In this document: positions 7,846-16,833 of the stretch, in pieces
Position numbering within the stretch: position 1 is the first letter of the stretch
Layout of the letters: every line of letters starts with the position of its first letter
Source of the DNA: a virus
Lineage: Duplodnaviria > Caudoviricetes
Strand: one strand, 5' to 3'
Virus record (IMG/VR): IMGVR_UViG_3300024246_000005
Location: 4,398 to 68,397 of that record
Length of the DNA stretch: 64,000 nucleotides
Made by a program: the position numbers and the translations under genes
The notes under the pieces: generated by a model
Told to the model about the DNA's origin: nothing
What the model saw: the letters and a program-made list of their open reading frames with translations, nothing else
The model's database searches: none

Positions 7846-9489
7846 GTGAGTCCAGCCGTTACACCACCTGAGACCGCCAGCGAATCCCGAAATATCTCTT
7901 CGTTTTATGAACCCTGGCCGCACCAGGTCATGTTCCACACTTCGCCGGCAAAGTACCGGCTGCAAGTCGGTGGATTCGGTTCTGGTAAGTCTCGACCGCT
8001 GTTGATGGAAGCAATCTTTCACGCGCTAGAATATCCCGGCTCAAACTCCATCATTCTCCGCAAGACCATTCCTGACCTAAAGCGGACGGTGATTGACAAG
8101 TTTTTGGCGGACGTTCCGCGCTGGGTGTACGAGTTCTACCACCAGGGCGACCATATCGTGTACTTCCACCCGCAACCGGAGATCGGATTAGACGGCAAGC
8201 CGACGGGCAAGATGCTGCAAAGCAAACTGTTCTTTGGTGCCTGCGAACGGGAACAGGACGTTGGAAAGTATCTCTCCACTGAGTACGTCTTTATTGGCTT
8301 TGAGGAATTGGGCGAGTTCTCATTCGCCATTTGGGACGCGCTGGCCGGCCGCAACCGCTGCCCGATACCTGGCGCACGCGCAACGATGGGCGGCGCTACT
8401 AACCCGATGGGTATTGGTTGGTCCTGGATTAAGAAGCTCTGGAAAGACCATAAGCCAGTGCAGGGGATGGACGCGGACAAATACAACCCTGCGGATTATG
8501 AGTTCTTCCACTCGACGGTAGACCAGAATCCAATTTACGCGCAGGACACGGAGTACATCGCTACGCTTGAAAAGTCTCCACTGCGGGACAAGATCCGCTG
8601 GGGCAACATGGATTCCGTCTCCGGGCAATTCTTTGACAATTGGGAACCGAAGCGGCACGTCCGGCCAGCGTCAGACTTCCACTTTGAGGACTGGCAGCCA
8701 GTTTGGATTGGCTACGATTATGGATTCGGCCACTTCGCCTCAATCGTGTTTATGACTAAGGCTTTGCTCAAGCCGCGATGGGACGGTGAGAAGCCCCGCA
8801 TGGTTAACGTTGTAATCCAAGAATTGTGGATGCAGGAAAAGACTCCAGAGTTCCAGACTAACGCACTGGTCTCTTCTATCCCACGCTTTCAAGAACGACG
8901 AGAGATTGCCGCTGGCGAATCGTTTTTTGAGGAAGACCAAGCGAAATTTGAGCGGAGTCAGGAAGGCTATCGGTGGAATATCAGTTCAATCCATTTCTCC
9001 TGGGAGCGGTTCAATCGAACAGTAAGCAATCGTACCGTGGCTGATGAAGTCGGAGATATTCTAGCGGCCGCTGGATTGCCTCGCCCAACCCGTTCAAATA
9101 CTGATCGAATAGCTGGATGGCAGAAAGTCTACAGCCTTCTCGACTCTGATGAATTATTTGTCTTGAATACCTGTACTGCGGTGGCTGAAGCAATTCCAAT
9201 GTTAGTGCGAGACCCGATTCATTTGGAAGACGTTCAGAAACCAAAGGGAGTCAGTCTCAACGATGATTTGGGGGATGCCCTTCGCTATGCGGTGGCGGGG
9301 GCACTACTTGACCCTGAAGATAAACCAGAGCACATTAAAAAGCGAGAGAAATACGCTGCGATTACAGACCCGATGCGCCGCGCCGCTGTAATGTATAAGG
9401 ATTACAATCTAGAACGCGCCAAAGAGCGCAGGCCGCAGAAGCCAATTACAGTGCCGACTTGGTACAGAAGAGTTAAACCAAATGCGTAA
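7846..9489 (+). CDS. terL: Terminase large subunit
   Basis: Walker A GGFGSGKS, Walker B FIGFEE, ATNP coupling motif, C-terminal nuclease DDLGDALRYA. Confidence 0.95.
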   Translation: MSPAVTPPETASESRNISSFYEPWPHQVMFHTSPAKYRLQVGGFGSGKSRPLLMEAIFHALEYPGSNSIILRKTIPDLKRTVIDKFLADVPRWVYEFYHQGDHIVYFHPQPEIGLDGKPTGKMLQSKLFFGACEREQDVGKYLSTEYVFIGFEELGEFSFAIWDALAGRNRCPIPGARATMGGATNPMGIGWSWIKKLWKDHKPVQGMDADKYNPADYEFFHSTVDQNPIYAQDTEYIATLEKSPLRDKIRWGNMDSVSGQFFDNWEPKRHVRPASDFHFEDWQPVWIGYDYGFGHFASIVFMTKALLKPRWDGEKPRMVNVVIQELWMQEKTPEFQTNALVSSIPRFQERREIAAGESFFEEDQAKFERSQEGYRWNISSIHFSWERFNRTVSNRTVADEVGDILAAAGLPRPTRSNTDRIAGWQKVYSLLDSDELFVLNTCTAVAEAIPMLVRDPIHLEDVQKPKGVSLNDDLGDALRYAVAGALLDPEDKPEHIKKREKYAAITDPMRRAAVMYKDYNLERAKERRPQKPITVPTWYRRVKPNA

Positions 9490-9979
9490 AATGTTGGACC
9501 TGAGCGGGAGAACATTCGGGAGATTGAAAGTTCTCTGGCCAGTTGGCAGAGTTCGGCATGTACGCTGGTTGACCGCTTGTGAGTGTGGCGCGATGCGAAT
9601 GGTTGCGAGCCACCATCTCGTAGCCGGTGGAGTACAATCCTGCGGTTGTTTGGTCCGCGATACGAGCCGCGAACTAATGAAACGTCTACCGCAGTTACGC
9701 CACGGCCACGCAATACACGGTAAAATCTCGCGGACCTTCCGAAGCTGGGATGCCATGCGCCAACGATGTTTGAACCCTAACTCAAATAAGTTTTCACGAT
9801 ACGGCGGTCGTGGGATTACAATCTGCAAGCAGTGGGATAGGTTCGAGACGTTCTTGGCCGACATGGGGCCACGTCCGATTAACATGACCATCGACCGAAT
9901 CAACAACGATGGAAATTATGAACCGGGAAATTGCCGGTGGGCTACACCGAAAGAACAAAGAGCGAATCGTTCTAATTGA
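9482..9979 (+). CDS. HNH homing endonuclease
   Basis: DLSGRTFGRLKV...CECG...SCGC...YGGRGITICKQW...TIDRINNDGNYEPGNCRWAT. Confidence 0.9.
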   Translation: MRKMLDLSGRTFGRLKVLWPVGRVRHVRWLTACECGAMRMVASHHLVAGGVQSCGCLVRDTSRELMKRLPQLRHGHAIHGKISRTFRSWDAMRQRCLNPNSNKFSRYGGRGITICKQWDRFETFLADMGPRPINMTIDRINNDGNYEPGNCRWATPKEQRANRSN

Positions 9980-10203
9980 GGTGCCCATTGGAAGACAAGC
10001 GCGAGCAAATCCGTAAAGCCCCCGACGCACGTCAACAACGCCAGTGGGCGCAAGAAGCGGAAAGAGAAAAAGCGGCCGCGTTTAACGCGATGACCATCGA
10101 AGAAAAGGAACAGGAGTACCGCGAGCGAGCCAGACTCTCAGTACTGAACCTGACGGCTCGGGACAAACGATTTCTGCAAGCGTTGAAAGTGAAAGGTGAT
10201 TGA
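9976..10203 (+). CDS. Hypothetical protein
   Basis: 75-aa ORF, operon packing. Confidence 0.5.
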   Translation: MRCPLEDKREQIRKAPDARQQRQWAQEAEREKAAAFNAMTIEEKEQEYRERARLSVLNLTARDKRFLQALKVKGD

Positions 10204-10532
10204 TGGATAGGCGAAATTTCATGCGGTCGATACTTGGCGTTGCTGCCGCTACTGCGCTGCCGTCTGAGGTCTGGCCGTTTAGAAAGATATTCCTGCCAGC
10301 GGTTCCCCCGATTACTAATTTCTGGCTGCAAGCGTCGGGCATGGTGAATAATCCCAACGGCCTGTATCGCGTTACCGGAATATGCGTTCCGGCAATTGAA
10401 ATGCAAAATACAATGAATGAGTTTCTCCGCAATCTTGATGCTGTATTATTCAGCGATGGCTCAGGGCGACTTGAACAACCAGTATCATACAAAGACGGTA
10501 TTTGGCATTCGCAGCGAGGATTATTTACATGA
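10200..10532 (+). CDS. Hypothetical protein with twin-arginine-like N-terminus
   Basis: MMDRRNFMRSILGVAAATAL. Confidence 0.55.
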   Translation: MMDRRNFMRSILGVAAATALPSEVWPFRKIFLPAVPPITNFWLQASGMVNNPNGLYRVTGICVPAIEMQNTMNEFLRNLDAVLFSDGSGRLEQPVSYKDGIWHSQRGLFT

Positions 10533-10927
10533 GTTGGACTGACCTTCTCCGTTCTCGCTACGTCCGCGCTCTGGAAGCTGAACTGGCCACGTTACGCCAG
10601 CGACACATAGACGAATTGGAGCGGCTAAAAACTGTTCACGCCGAAGAACTGAATCGGTGTATTGTAGAGGCGAATCGGGGCTGGGCGGAAGCGGATCGCC
10701 TGCGGCAATACCTGATTCCTGGTCTTCCCGTTGCGAACCGCGTCACAGAACCACCGAACAATAACCCGCCTGAAGCCACGCAAGTTGAAAGTGGCACCCC
10801 GTACCAACGGTTACTCAAGAAGCGATTGAAAGAAATTGCCGAAGCGAACGCCGCAGCCGAAGCCGCACAAAGGGCTGCATTGCAGGCAAAGACAGAAACG
10901 CCGGTCACTCCGGCACAGGAGAACTAA
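10529..10927 (+). CDS. Coiled-coil hypothetical protein
   Basis: ATG at 10529 overlaps the upstream stop. Confidence 0.6.
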   Translation: MSWTDLLRSRYVRALEAELATLRQRHIDELERLKTVHAEELNRCIVEANRGWAEADRLRQYLIPGLPVANRVTEPPNNNPPEATQVESGTPYQRLLKKRLKEIAEANAAAEAAQRAALQAKTETPVTPAQEN

Positions 10928-10928
10928 C

Positions 10929-11354
10929 ATGGCCGTAGCAGACAAGACCGGAAAGATGCACCACAGCGGAGGGCGCGCACGCCTTGCTGACTCGATGGCC
11001 GGAGACAAGCCCAAACCGAAACCGATGGAGAAGAAGCCCGAAGCCGCGGCCGACGACGACGGCAATTCCGAAGACATTGAATCCGTTGTGAAGAAGCACG
11101 GGCCAGCTCACCACGTCGAGTACGACAAAGACAAAGAGACCGGGAAGCACAAGGTCAAATCTGTCCACGGCGAACAGAACGTGGAGCATGAATCGGAGTT
11201 TGACTCCGAACCGGAAGCCCACGTACACGTTGGCAAAGCGATGGGCGGCAGTCCTGCCGAAGAAGACCCGGACGAAGAGATGGGCGACGAAGCTGGCGAG
11301 ATCATGCCGGAGATGGAACACAAGTCGCACGGCCACATCCCTGGACTTGGATAA
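10929..11354 (+). CDS. Acidic/His-rich hypothetical protein
   Basis: ATG at 10929 after AGGAG; MAVADKTGKMHHSGG... Confidence 0.6.
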   Translation: MAVADKTGKMHHSGGRARLADSMAGDKPKPKPMEKKPEAAADDDGNSEDIESVVKKHGPAHHVEYDKDKETGKHKVKSVHGEQNVEHESEFDSEPEAHVHVGKAMGGSPAEEDPDEEMGDEAGEIMPEMEHKSHGHIPGLG

Positions 11355-11360
11355 AACCCT

Positions 11361-11549
11361 GTGCCATCTAAAGACATCATGCCGTTGTTTCGGCGGGGAG
11401 AATTGCACTCAGGCGGTAGCGGGAAGATCGTGAGCAACCCGCGCCAAGCCAAAGCAATTCTCCTGTCTTATTTGCGGAAGGAAGGCCACGACATACCGGA
11501 GAAGCGCGATGGCCCGATGGTGACTGCGTTCAAGAAAGCAAAACGATGA
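11361..11549 (+). CDS. Small basic protein (DUF6496-like)
   Basis: FRRGELHSGGSGKIVSNPRQAKAILLS. Confidence 0.55.
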   Translation: MPSKDIMPLFRRGELHSGGSGKIVSNPRQAKAILLSYLRKEGHDIPEKRDGPMVTAFKKAKR

Positions 11550-11758
11550 AACCCTGCGAATATCGGATTGACGCTAACACCCGCTGCGGCCAACCTGCCA
11601 CGTGTGTAATCAAAATAAGCGAAGGCAAATTATCCATTAAAAACGAAGACGGTGATGACATTGGCCGTGGCGTCGGGAGTTTTTACGCTCCTATCTGTGA
11701 CCTGCACAAGTCCTGCTATCCTGACCACGACGGATTTGAGTTGGAGCCTGCACGATGA
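11546..11758 (+). CDS. Small Cys-containing hypothetical protein
   Basis: CEY...CG..C...CDLH; ATGA overlap. Confidence 0.45.
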   Translation: MKPCEYRIDANTRCGQPATCVIKISEGKLSIKNEDGDDIGRGVGSFYAPICDLHKSCYPDHDGFELEPAR

Positions 11759-11950
11759 GGATTCCGTCCGCTGGAAGAACTGGCAGCGCACGCCCTGACA
11801 GCGCAACCGGGGATCGATACCCGGATGGGACTAGAGCATCCCTTCTTCCTAAGCCCCTAGCTCGGGGTGCAGAAGCGCACAGCGGAACGGATGGCGTGCA
11901 GTTTTAGTGTAGACTTTTCTCGCAGCACAATCGGGTGATTGCGGGGAGTA

Positions 11951-14395
11951 GTGGCAACAGCCGTTCTTGAACAAGAGAAGACTGAAGCGCTTGCGCCAGT
12001 TGAATATAATCCTGGTGTCCTTGCCGGTATTGAGTTTGACGGCACCACGTTTGGCAAGATCGACCTAACCGACGCCGAGAAGAGAGAATTAAAAGCCCTC
12101 ATCACCAAAGCCTGCAAACGGGATTATCCGGCTCGCCTAATCGAAGTAATCCAAGCATGGGAAGCGGCACTCTTCTATCGTGGTTTCCAGTTCCTCATCC
12201 CGCGTGTTGGTGGCGGATGGGAAATTCCTGGCGAGTCTACCGGATACGGCCCGTCGATGCAGATGGACTTGGCACTTCTGCCGACGAACATTTATTCCGC
12301 CTACGCTCAAATTATTATTTCCTCGCTTACCCGCGCGGTCCCTAATGTACGGTTTGAACCGCAAGATGCTGACAACGATGCGCAGATTACCGCGACGGAA
12401 GCAGCGGATAAATTCGTCAAGGTAGTCTCCCGCAACAATGACCTAACGATGGTGCAGACAGATGCGGCGCGCTACTTCTGGACTGACGGCCGCGCACTGT
12501 ACTACACCCGTTTTGTCAAAGATGGCCAGCGCTTCGGATGGGAAGAAGAAGACCAGAACGATGACATCGTGCCGGAGAACGAGCCGGGAACCGAAGAGAC
12601 TCAGCAAGCGGTAGAAGTGGCGAACCAAGCCGAAGATAACCAGCCAGTAGCGAACCGCAAGCCCCGCGGTCAAGAGGTGCGCACCTGCCACGGCAAACTG
12701 GAAGTGAAGCTCTCGCCGATGATGGCGAACGATCTGGAAGACGTAGATGTGTTGCAGTACGAAATGGAAGTAGATACCACGCGCGCCAAAGGAATGTTCC
12801 CCTGGGTAGCGAAAGACATTAAGGCCGGAGCCAACGGAGTTTCTGAAGGGGAGATTGCGAAGCTGGCGCGGCTGAACGTGAAATTAGGGATGCAGTCCAC
12901 CTACATCACGTCGGACTCAATCGCGGAAGATGTGACCATTCAGCGGAGTTGGTTGCGTCCGTCGTACCTGATGGGGATTGACGACGTAACGGTTCGGGAT
13001 TCGATCATTCAGAAATGCCCGGATGGGGTGCTGGTAGTCTACGCTGGCGAAACATTCTGCTTTGCGCGTAATGAGTCGATGGATGACTGCTGGGCGCTCG
13101 GGCAGGCGTACTCCGGCGACGGCCAGAACCGCAACGCGATGGGCACGTCCATGATGCCATTGCAGAAGCGGCTGAATAACTGGCTGGACCTGATGAACGA
13201 TGGATTTGTCCGTGCCATTCCGAAAAAGTGGATGCACAACAAAGCGTTCAACGTTGAGGCGCTACGCCAGCAGACCAACGTACCGGGAGACATCGGCGCG
13301 TTCATGCCGCAAGCCGGTCTGACGCCAGACCAGTTGATTTTCGTTGAGCCAGCAGTACAGATGCCGGCGTCCCTGCCGGAGTTCATTAATTCGTACAAAG
13401 GCGACTTCGCGGAGTTGGTAACTGGCGGGTATCCTGCGCTCGCCGGCGGCGACACTGGTGCGAACGACACAAAGGGCGGCATCGCTATTCAGCGCGACCA
13501 GGCGCTCGGGCGCATCGGCCCGACCTGGCACACGATTCAGAACATGGAAGCCACGGCCATGCGGCAAGCGGTACGGTGGGGAGCCAAGTGCCGCGACAAG
13601 AGTATCAATGAGCGGATTCCCGGAGCCGACGCAATCCGTCTGGAAATTAACGATCTGAAAGCCAACATCCTATGCTTCCCGGAAGCCAACGAGAACTTCC
13701 CGGAGACCTACACGCAGAAACAGAATCGGCTTATGGGATTGCTGGACGGCTCCGCGAAGAACCCAGCATTGCAGGAAGTATTCTTTAACCCTGCGAACCT
13801 TGTTTTCCTAAAGCGCATGGTGGCGCTCGATGACCTTTACATCCCGCAAGCGGCATCCTATGAAAAGCAATTGGGAGAAATTGAAATTCTACTTAAAACG
13901 TCCCCGCCGCCAAATCCAGAGGTTGTGGAACTTGAGCAGAAGATTCAAGCGATAAAAGATAATCCTGGTGTCGATCCGGCCATGCTGCAACAGGCGGAAG
14001 CGGAGTTGGCCGCACTGCCGAAACAGTTGGTCAGTTCAATCCCAATCTCCGACTACGAAGACCACGCGACCGAAGCGTTTTGCTGCTGGCAGTACATGAA
14101 CTCGCCCGATGGCCGCAAAGAGAAGAAACTGCACCCCGACGAATTTCATAACGTGGAATTGCATTTCGAGGAACACGAAAAGGCCGCCGCAGACAAGGCT
14201 GCAAAGAACGCTCCGCCTCCGCCACAAAAGCCTGTTAGTGTTTCTCTAAACTACAAAGATGTCGCTGATGCGGCTGAAGCCGACGCCATTCTCAGCAAGG
14301 CAGGTATCCCGGTAACACCAAAGCCACCAAACGCCCTGACGCCAGCCGCGCACGCCATGTTGCCGGAGCCGCAACCGCCTGTACCAGTTCAGTAA
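11951..14395 (+). CDS. Portal protein (P22-like)
   Basis: ~815 aa after TerL; VPNVRFEPQDADNDAQITATEAADKF and a Gln/Pro-rich tail; GTG 11951 after GGGGAG. Confidence 0.8.
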   Translation: MATAVLEQEKTEALAPVEYNPGVLAGIEFDGTTFGKIDLTDAEKRELKALITKACKRDYPARLIEVIQAWEAALFYRGFQFLIPRVGGGWEIPGESTGYGPSMQMDLALLPTNIYSAYAQIIISSLTRAVPNVRFEPQDADNDAQITATEAADKFVKVVSRNNDLTMVQTDAARYFWTDGRALYYTRFVKDGQRFGWEEEDQNDDIVPENEPGTEETQQAVEVANQAEDNQPVANRKPRGQEVRTCHGKLEVKLSPMMANDLEDVDVLQYEMEVDTTRAKGMFPWVAKDIKAGANGVSEGEIAKLARLNVKLGMQSTYITSDSIAEDVTIQRSWLRPSYLMGIDDVTVRDSIIQKCPDGVLVVYAGETFCFARNESMDDCWALGQAYSGDGQNRNAMGTSMMPLQKRLNNWLDLMNDGFVRAIPKKWMHNKAFNVEALRQQTNVPGDIGAFMPQAGLTPDQLIFVEPAVQMPASLPEFINSYKGDFAELVTGGYPALAGGDTGANDTKGGIAIQRDQALGRIGPTWHTIQNMEATAMRQAVRWGAKCRDKSINERIPGADAIRLEINDLKANILCFPEANENFPETYTQKQNRLMGLLDGSAKNPALQEVFFNPANLVFLKRMVALDDLYIPQAASYEKQLGEIEILLKTSPPPNPEVVELEQKIQAIKDNPGVDPAMLQQAEAELAALPKQLVSSIPISDYEDHATEAFCCWQYMNSPDGRKEKKLHPDEFHNVELHFEEHEKAAADKAAKNAPPPPQKPVSVSLNYKDVADAAEADAILSKAGIPVTPKPPNALTPAAHAMLPEPQPPVPVQ

Positions 14396-14437
14396 GTTTT
14401 GATGTAGACTTTGCCAGTCGGTAAATCGGGAGGAACG

Positions 14438-15766
14438 ATGCTTGAAGGAATCGAAGCGGTAGCACCAGCCCTTGACTCCACGCCTGCAATAGAAACCACG
14501 CCAGTTGAAACGACAGAAACCACGGATGCGCCAGCGCCCGAAGGTACGGAAGCGCCTGCCGGTGGTGAAGGTGGAGATGCTCCCGTCGAGGGGGCGGAAG
14601 AAACTGAGTTACCTGGCGAACCGGAAGACGAAGGCATCGAGACCGACGCGCGCACGATGGACAAGGCCACGCGCAATACCATTGCCGCGCTGAAGAAGAC
14701 CAATCCTGCCGCAGCGAAGTTGCTGGCCAAGCAGTACTACGGCCGCCAAGCCTACGAAAAAGAATTTCCTACGGTGCAGGACGCTCGCCGCGCCAAAGCC
14801 ACAATCGAATCTCTCGGTGGCGAAGATGGCATCACCGAACTGCAAAACAAGGTGCAGGACTATACGACCGAAATGGAGCAGTTCGCCAATGGCGACCGCT
14901 CACTGGTCGAGACTCTCTACAAATCCAATGCTGAATCGACTGTGAAGATGGTCGAGGCTGCATTGGATATTTTTGCAGAGAACAAGAACATGGAAGCGTT
15001 GGACTCAGTACTTATGCGTCCGATGGTCCAACGATTGAATGATGCCGGACTCAGCAAGAGTTTGGTAGCTATGGCTGACTTCCTGAAAGTCGGGAAGGGC
15101 CAAGAAGCCTACGATCTGTTGCAGAACATCGGCGAGTGGTTGGCCAAACTGACTGGCGACGCGGAGAAGATGAAGGCCACGAGGACTCAGGTCGATCCGC
15201 GCGAGAAAAGTTTTCAGGAACGCGAGCAGAAGTTGCAACAACAGGAAAAAGAGAACAAGGAACGCGCCATTGGCGACGAAGTAAAAAGGCTTAACAGCGA
15301 GAAACTGGCCACAACCCTTGCTCCGTTTTTCAAGGAACTAAAATTGTCCGGCGAAGGGCAACGCGAGTTTTCACAAAACCTGAAACAGAAAGTTTGGGCG
15401 GCAATGAACGCCGACAAGGTATTCCGGCGACAAGTCCAAGCCAACATCGCCAAAGGTGACCAAGCCTACGTCGCGAAGTTCATTAACGCGAAGTTCAATG
15501 AATTGCTGCCGGGGATATTCCGCAACTACAAAAACACGCTATACCCGAATCTCTCCCGGAGCGCGACTCCAACGCCAAAGCCGAATGGCCAAACTCCGGT
15601 CAACGGAAGGACTCCGGCGAAGCCAGCCGCAGCAGTGGAAGGGCAGGCAATCCAGGTTAAGGATGCTCCCGCGTTTGAGGAAGTGGATTGGTCAAAGACC
15701 AACGACACTACTTGGGCGAAAGGCTTCGCGCACCTGAAAAACGGGAAGTACGTCTACTTCCACTGA
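14438..15766 (+). CDS. Capsid scaffolding protein (putative)
   Basis: Acidic disordered N-terminus then coiled coil; between portal and capsid; ATG 14438 after GGAGG. Confidence 0.65.
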   Translation: MLEGIEAVAPALDSTPAIETTPVETTETTDAPAPEGTEAPAGGEGGDAPVEGAEETELPGEPEDEGIETDARTMDKATRNTIAALKKTNPAAAKLLAKQYYGRQAYEKEFPTVQDARRAKATIESLGGEDGITELQNKVQDYTTEMEQFANGDRSLVETLYKSNAESTVKMVEAALDIFAENKNMEALDSVLMRPMVQRLNDAGLSKSLVAMADFLKVGKGQEAYDLLQNIGEWLAKLTGDAEKMKATRTQVDPREKSFQEREQKLQQQEKENKERAIGDEVKRLNSEKLATTLAPFFKELKLSGEGQREFSQNLKQKVWAAMNADKVFRRQVQANIAKGDQAYVAKFINAKFNELLPGIFRNYKNTLYPNLSRSATPTPKPNGQTPVNGRTPAKPAAAVEGQAIQVKDAPAFEEVDWSKTNDTTWAKGFAHLKNGKYVYFH

Positions 15767-15838
15767 TACAGGTAGTCCGGTATTGCACAGACAGGTTTAA
15801 TCTCCCACAGTGACAATGCCTTAGAAGGGGGAATCCTC

Positions 15839-16003
15839 ATGATTATCTACCTCAGTCTTTTGGTCGCACTCGTTGGTGTCCTCATGTACGCACTCAGCGC
15901 GAATCCAAAGCTGGTTGAAATCGGGCGACTGGCTTTCTTCGCCGGACTGCTGGCATTCTTGATGCTCGCGGCTGGCGGTCATTCACTTGTTATTGCACAC
16001 TGA
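15839..16003 (+). CDS. Small two-TM membrane protein (54 aa)
   Basis: Translated by hand: MIIYLSLLVALVGVLMYALSANPKLVEIGRLAFFAGLLAFLMLAAGGHSLVIAH; GGGGG RBS. Confidence 0.6.
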   Translation: MIIYLSLLVALVGVLMYALSANPKLVEIGRLAFFAGLLAFLMLAAGGHSLVIAH

Positions 16004-16034
16004 CGGCTTTTCAAGTTAGGATGTCCAACGTAAC

Positions 16035-16541
16035 ATGCGAAAAAAGAAGAAGCGCAAGCCGATTCGGAAAGTACTGGCCCGGATCGAGAAAAAAGAAGAC
16101 ATTGAACTCAAGAAGCTAGGCAAACTTGAGAAAGAAGTAAAAGAGATTGAGCGGGTTGTGAAACGCAAGAAACCGCTCAGGAAAATCGGGTTCATTCAAA
16201 CCGGAGGATGTATGGCAACTGACTTCTCTATCGTGGCAGGACAAAGCGGATTCTTTTCAGCGGTTCTCACTCCATCGAACGGCGCGCAGGCTCCCGGCAC
16301 CGTCCCGCAGTGGAGCGCGAGCGATCCCAGCGTTGTGCTGGTTCCTTCTCCTGACGGTTTGAATTGCGAAGCACAAGTACCGGCTGGCTTCACGGCTGCA
16401 TCGTTTGACTTGCAGAACTCCGCGCAGTCTTCGGACTCGTCCATCGGCACCGTGACCGGAAAGCACACCATCTCCGTGTCGCAGCCGCCGCCTCCACCGC
16501 CGCCGCCGTTGACCGGCATCGACTTCGTACAGACGAGCTAA
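16035..16541 (+). CDS. Lys-rich leader plus Ig-like (Big_2-like) domain; internal start at 16212
   Basis: VPQWSASDPSVVLV Ig-like motif; GGAGG-ATG-T-ATG just before 16212. Confidence 0.55.
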   Translation: MRKKKKRKPIRKVLARIEKKEDIELKKLGKLEKEVKEIERVVKRKKPLRKIGFIQTGGCMATDFSIVAGQSGFFSAVLTPSNGAQAPGTVPQWSASDPSVVLVPSPDGLNCEAQVPAGFTAASFDLQNSAQSSDSSIGTVTGKHTISVSQPPPPPPPPLTGIDFVQTS

Positions 16542-16560
16542 ACGGTAACCCAATAAAGAG

Positions 16561-16609
16561 AGGGCTGGTGTCGCGGATAGTCACTCTGCGAGGCCAGCCC
16601 TAATTTTTT
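16561..16609 (+). terminator. Rho-independent terminator
   Basis: AGGGCTGG/CCAGCCCT stem enclosing TCGCGGA/TCTGCGA, followed by AATTTTTT. Confidence 0.7.
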
Positions 16610-16612
16610 CCC

Positions 16613-16833
16613 TTGCATCATTCCCACGTTTAGCAGTAGCCTTGCTTCCGTTGAGCGATGCGGGGCGCGCGTTCCCCAAAATGCAGCAGTACGATACCGT
16701 CGCTAAACAAATCCAAACGTATATCGGGTGTTGTAAGAGTCTGTGCGATTGAGTTCGTGCAGATTGCCGACGCTTAAATCCACCGGCGAGGTGTAAAAAC
16801 GCAGGCGTCGAGCTGAGTCTGAGGTATACGTGT
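16613..16833 (+). promoter_or_regulatory. Promoter and structured ~185-nt 5' leader of the capsid gene
   Basis: TTGCAT (16613), 18 nt, TAGCCT (16637); several stems read by eye in the leader; GAGGT SD before ATG 16834. Confidence 0.5.

Noticed and set aside
7846-9979. Group I intron splitting terL around the HNH
   Set aside because: TerL has both ATPase and nuclease motifs before its stop, and no downstream exon or intron core was seen.
11755-11950. Short ORF or structured gap before the portal
   Set aside because: A ~50-codon frame exists but has no RBS or motif support, and no convincing stems were found.
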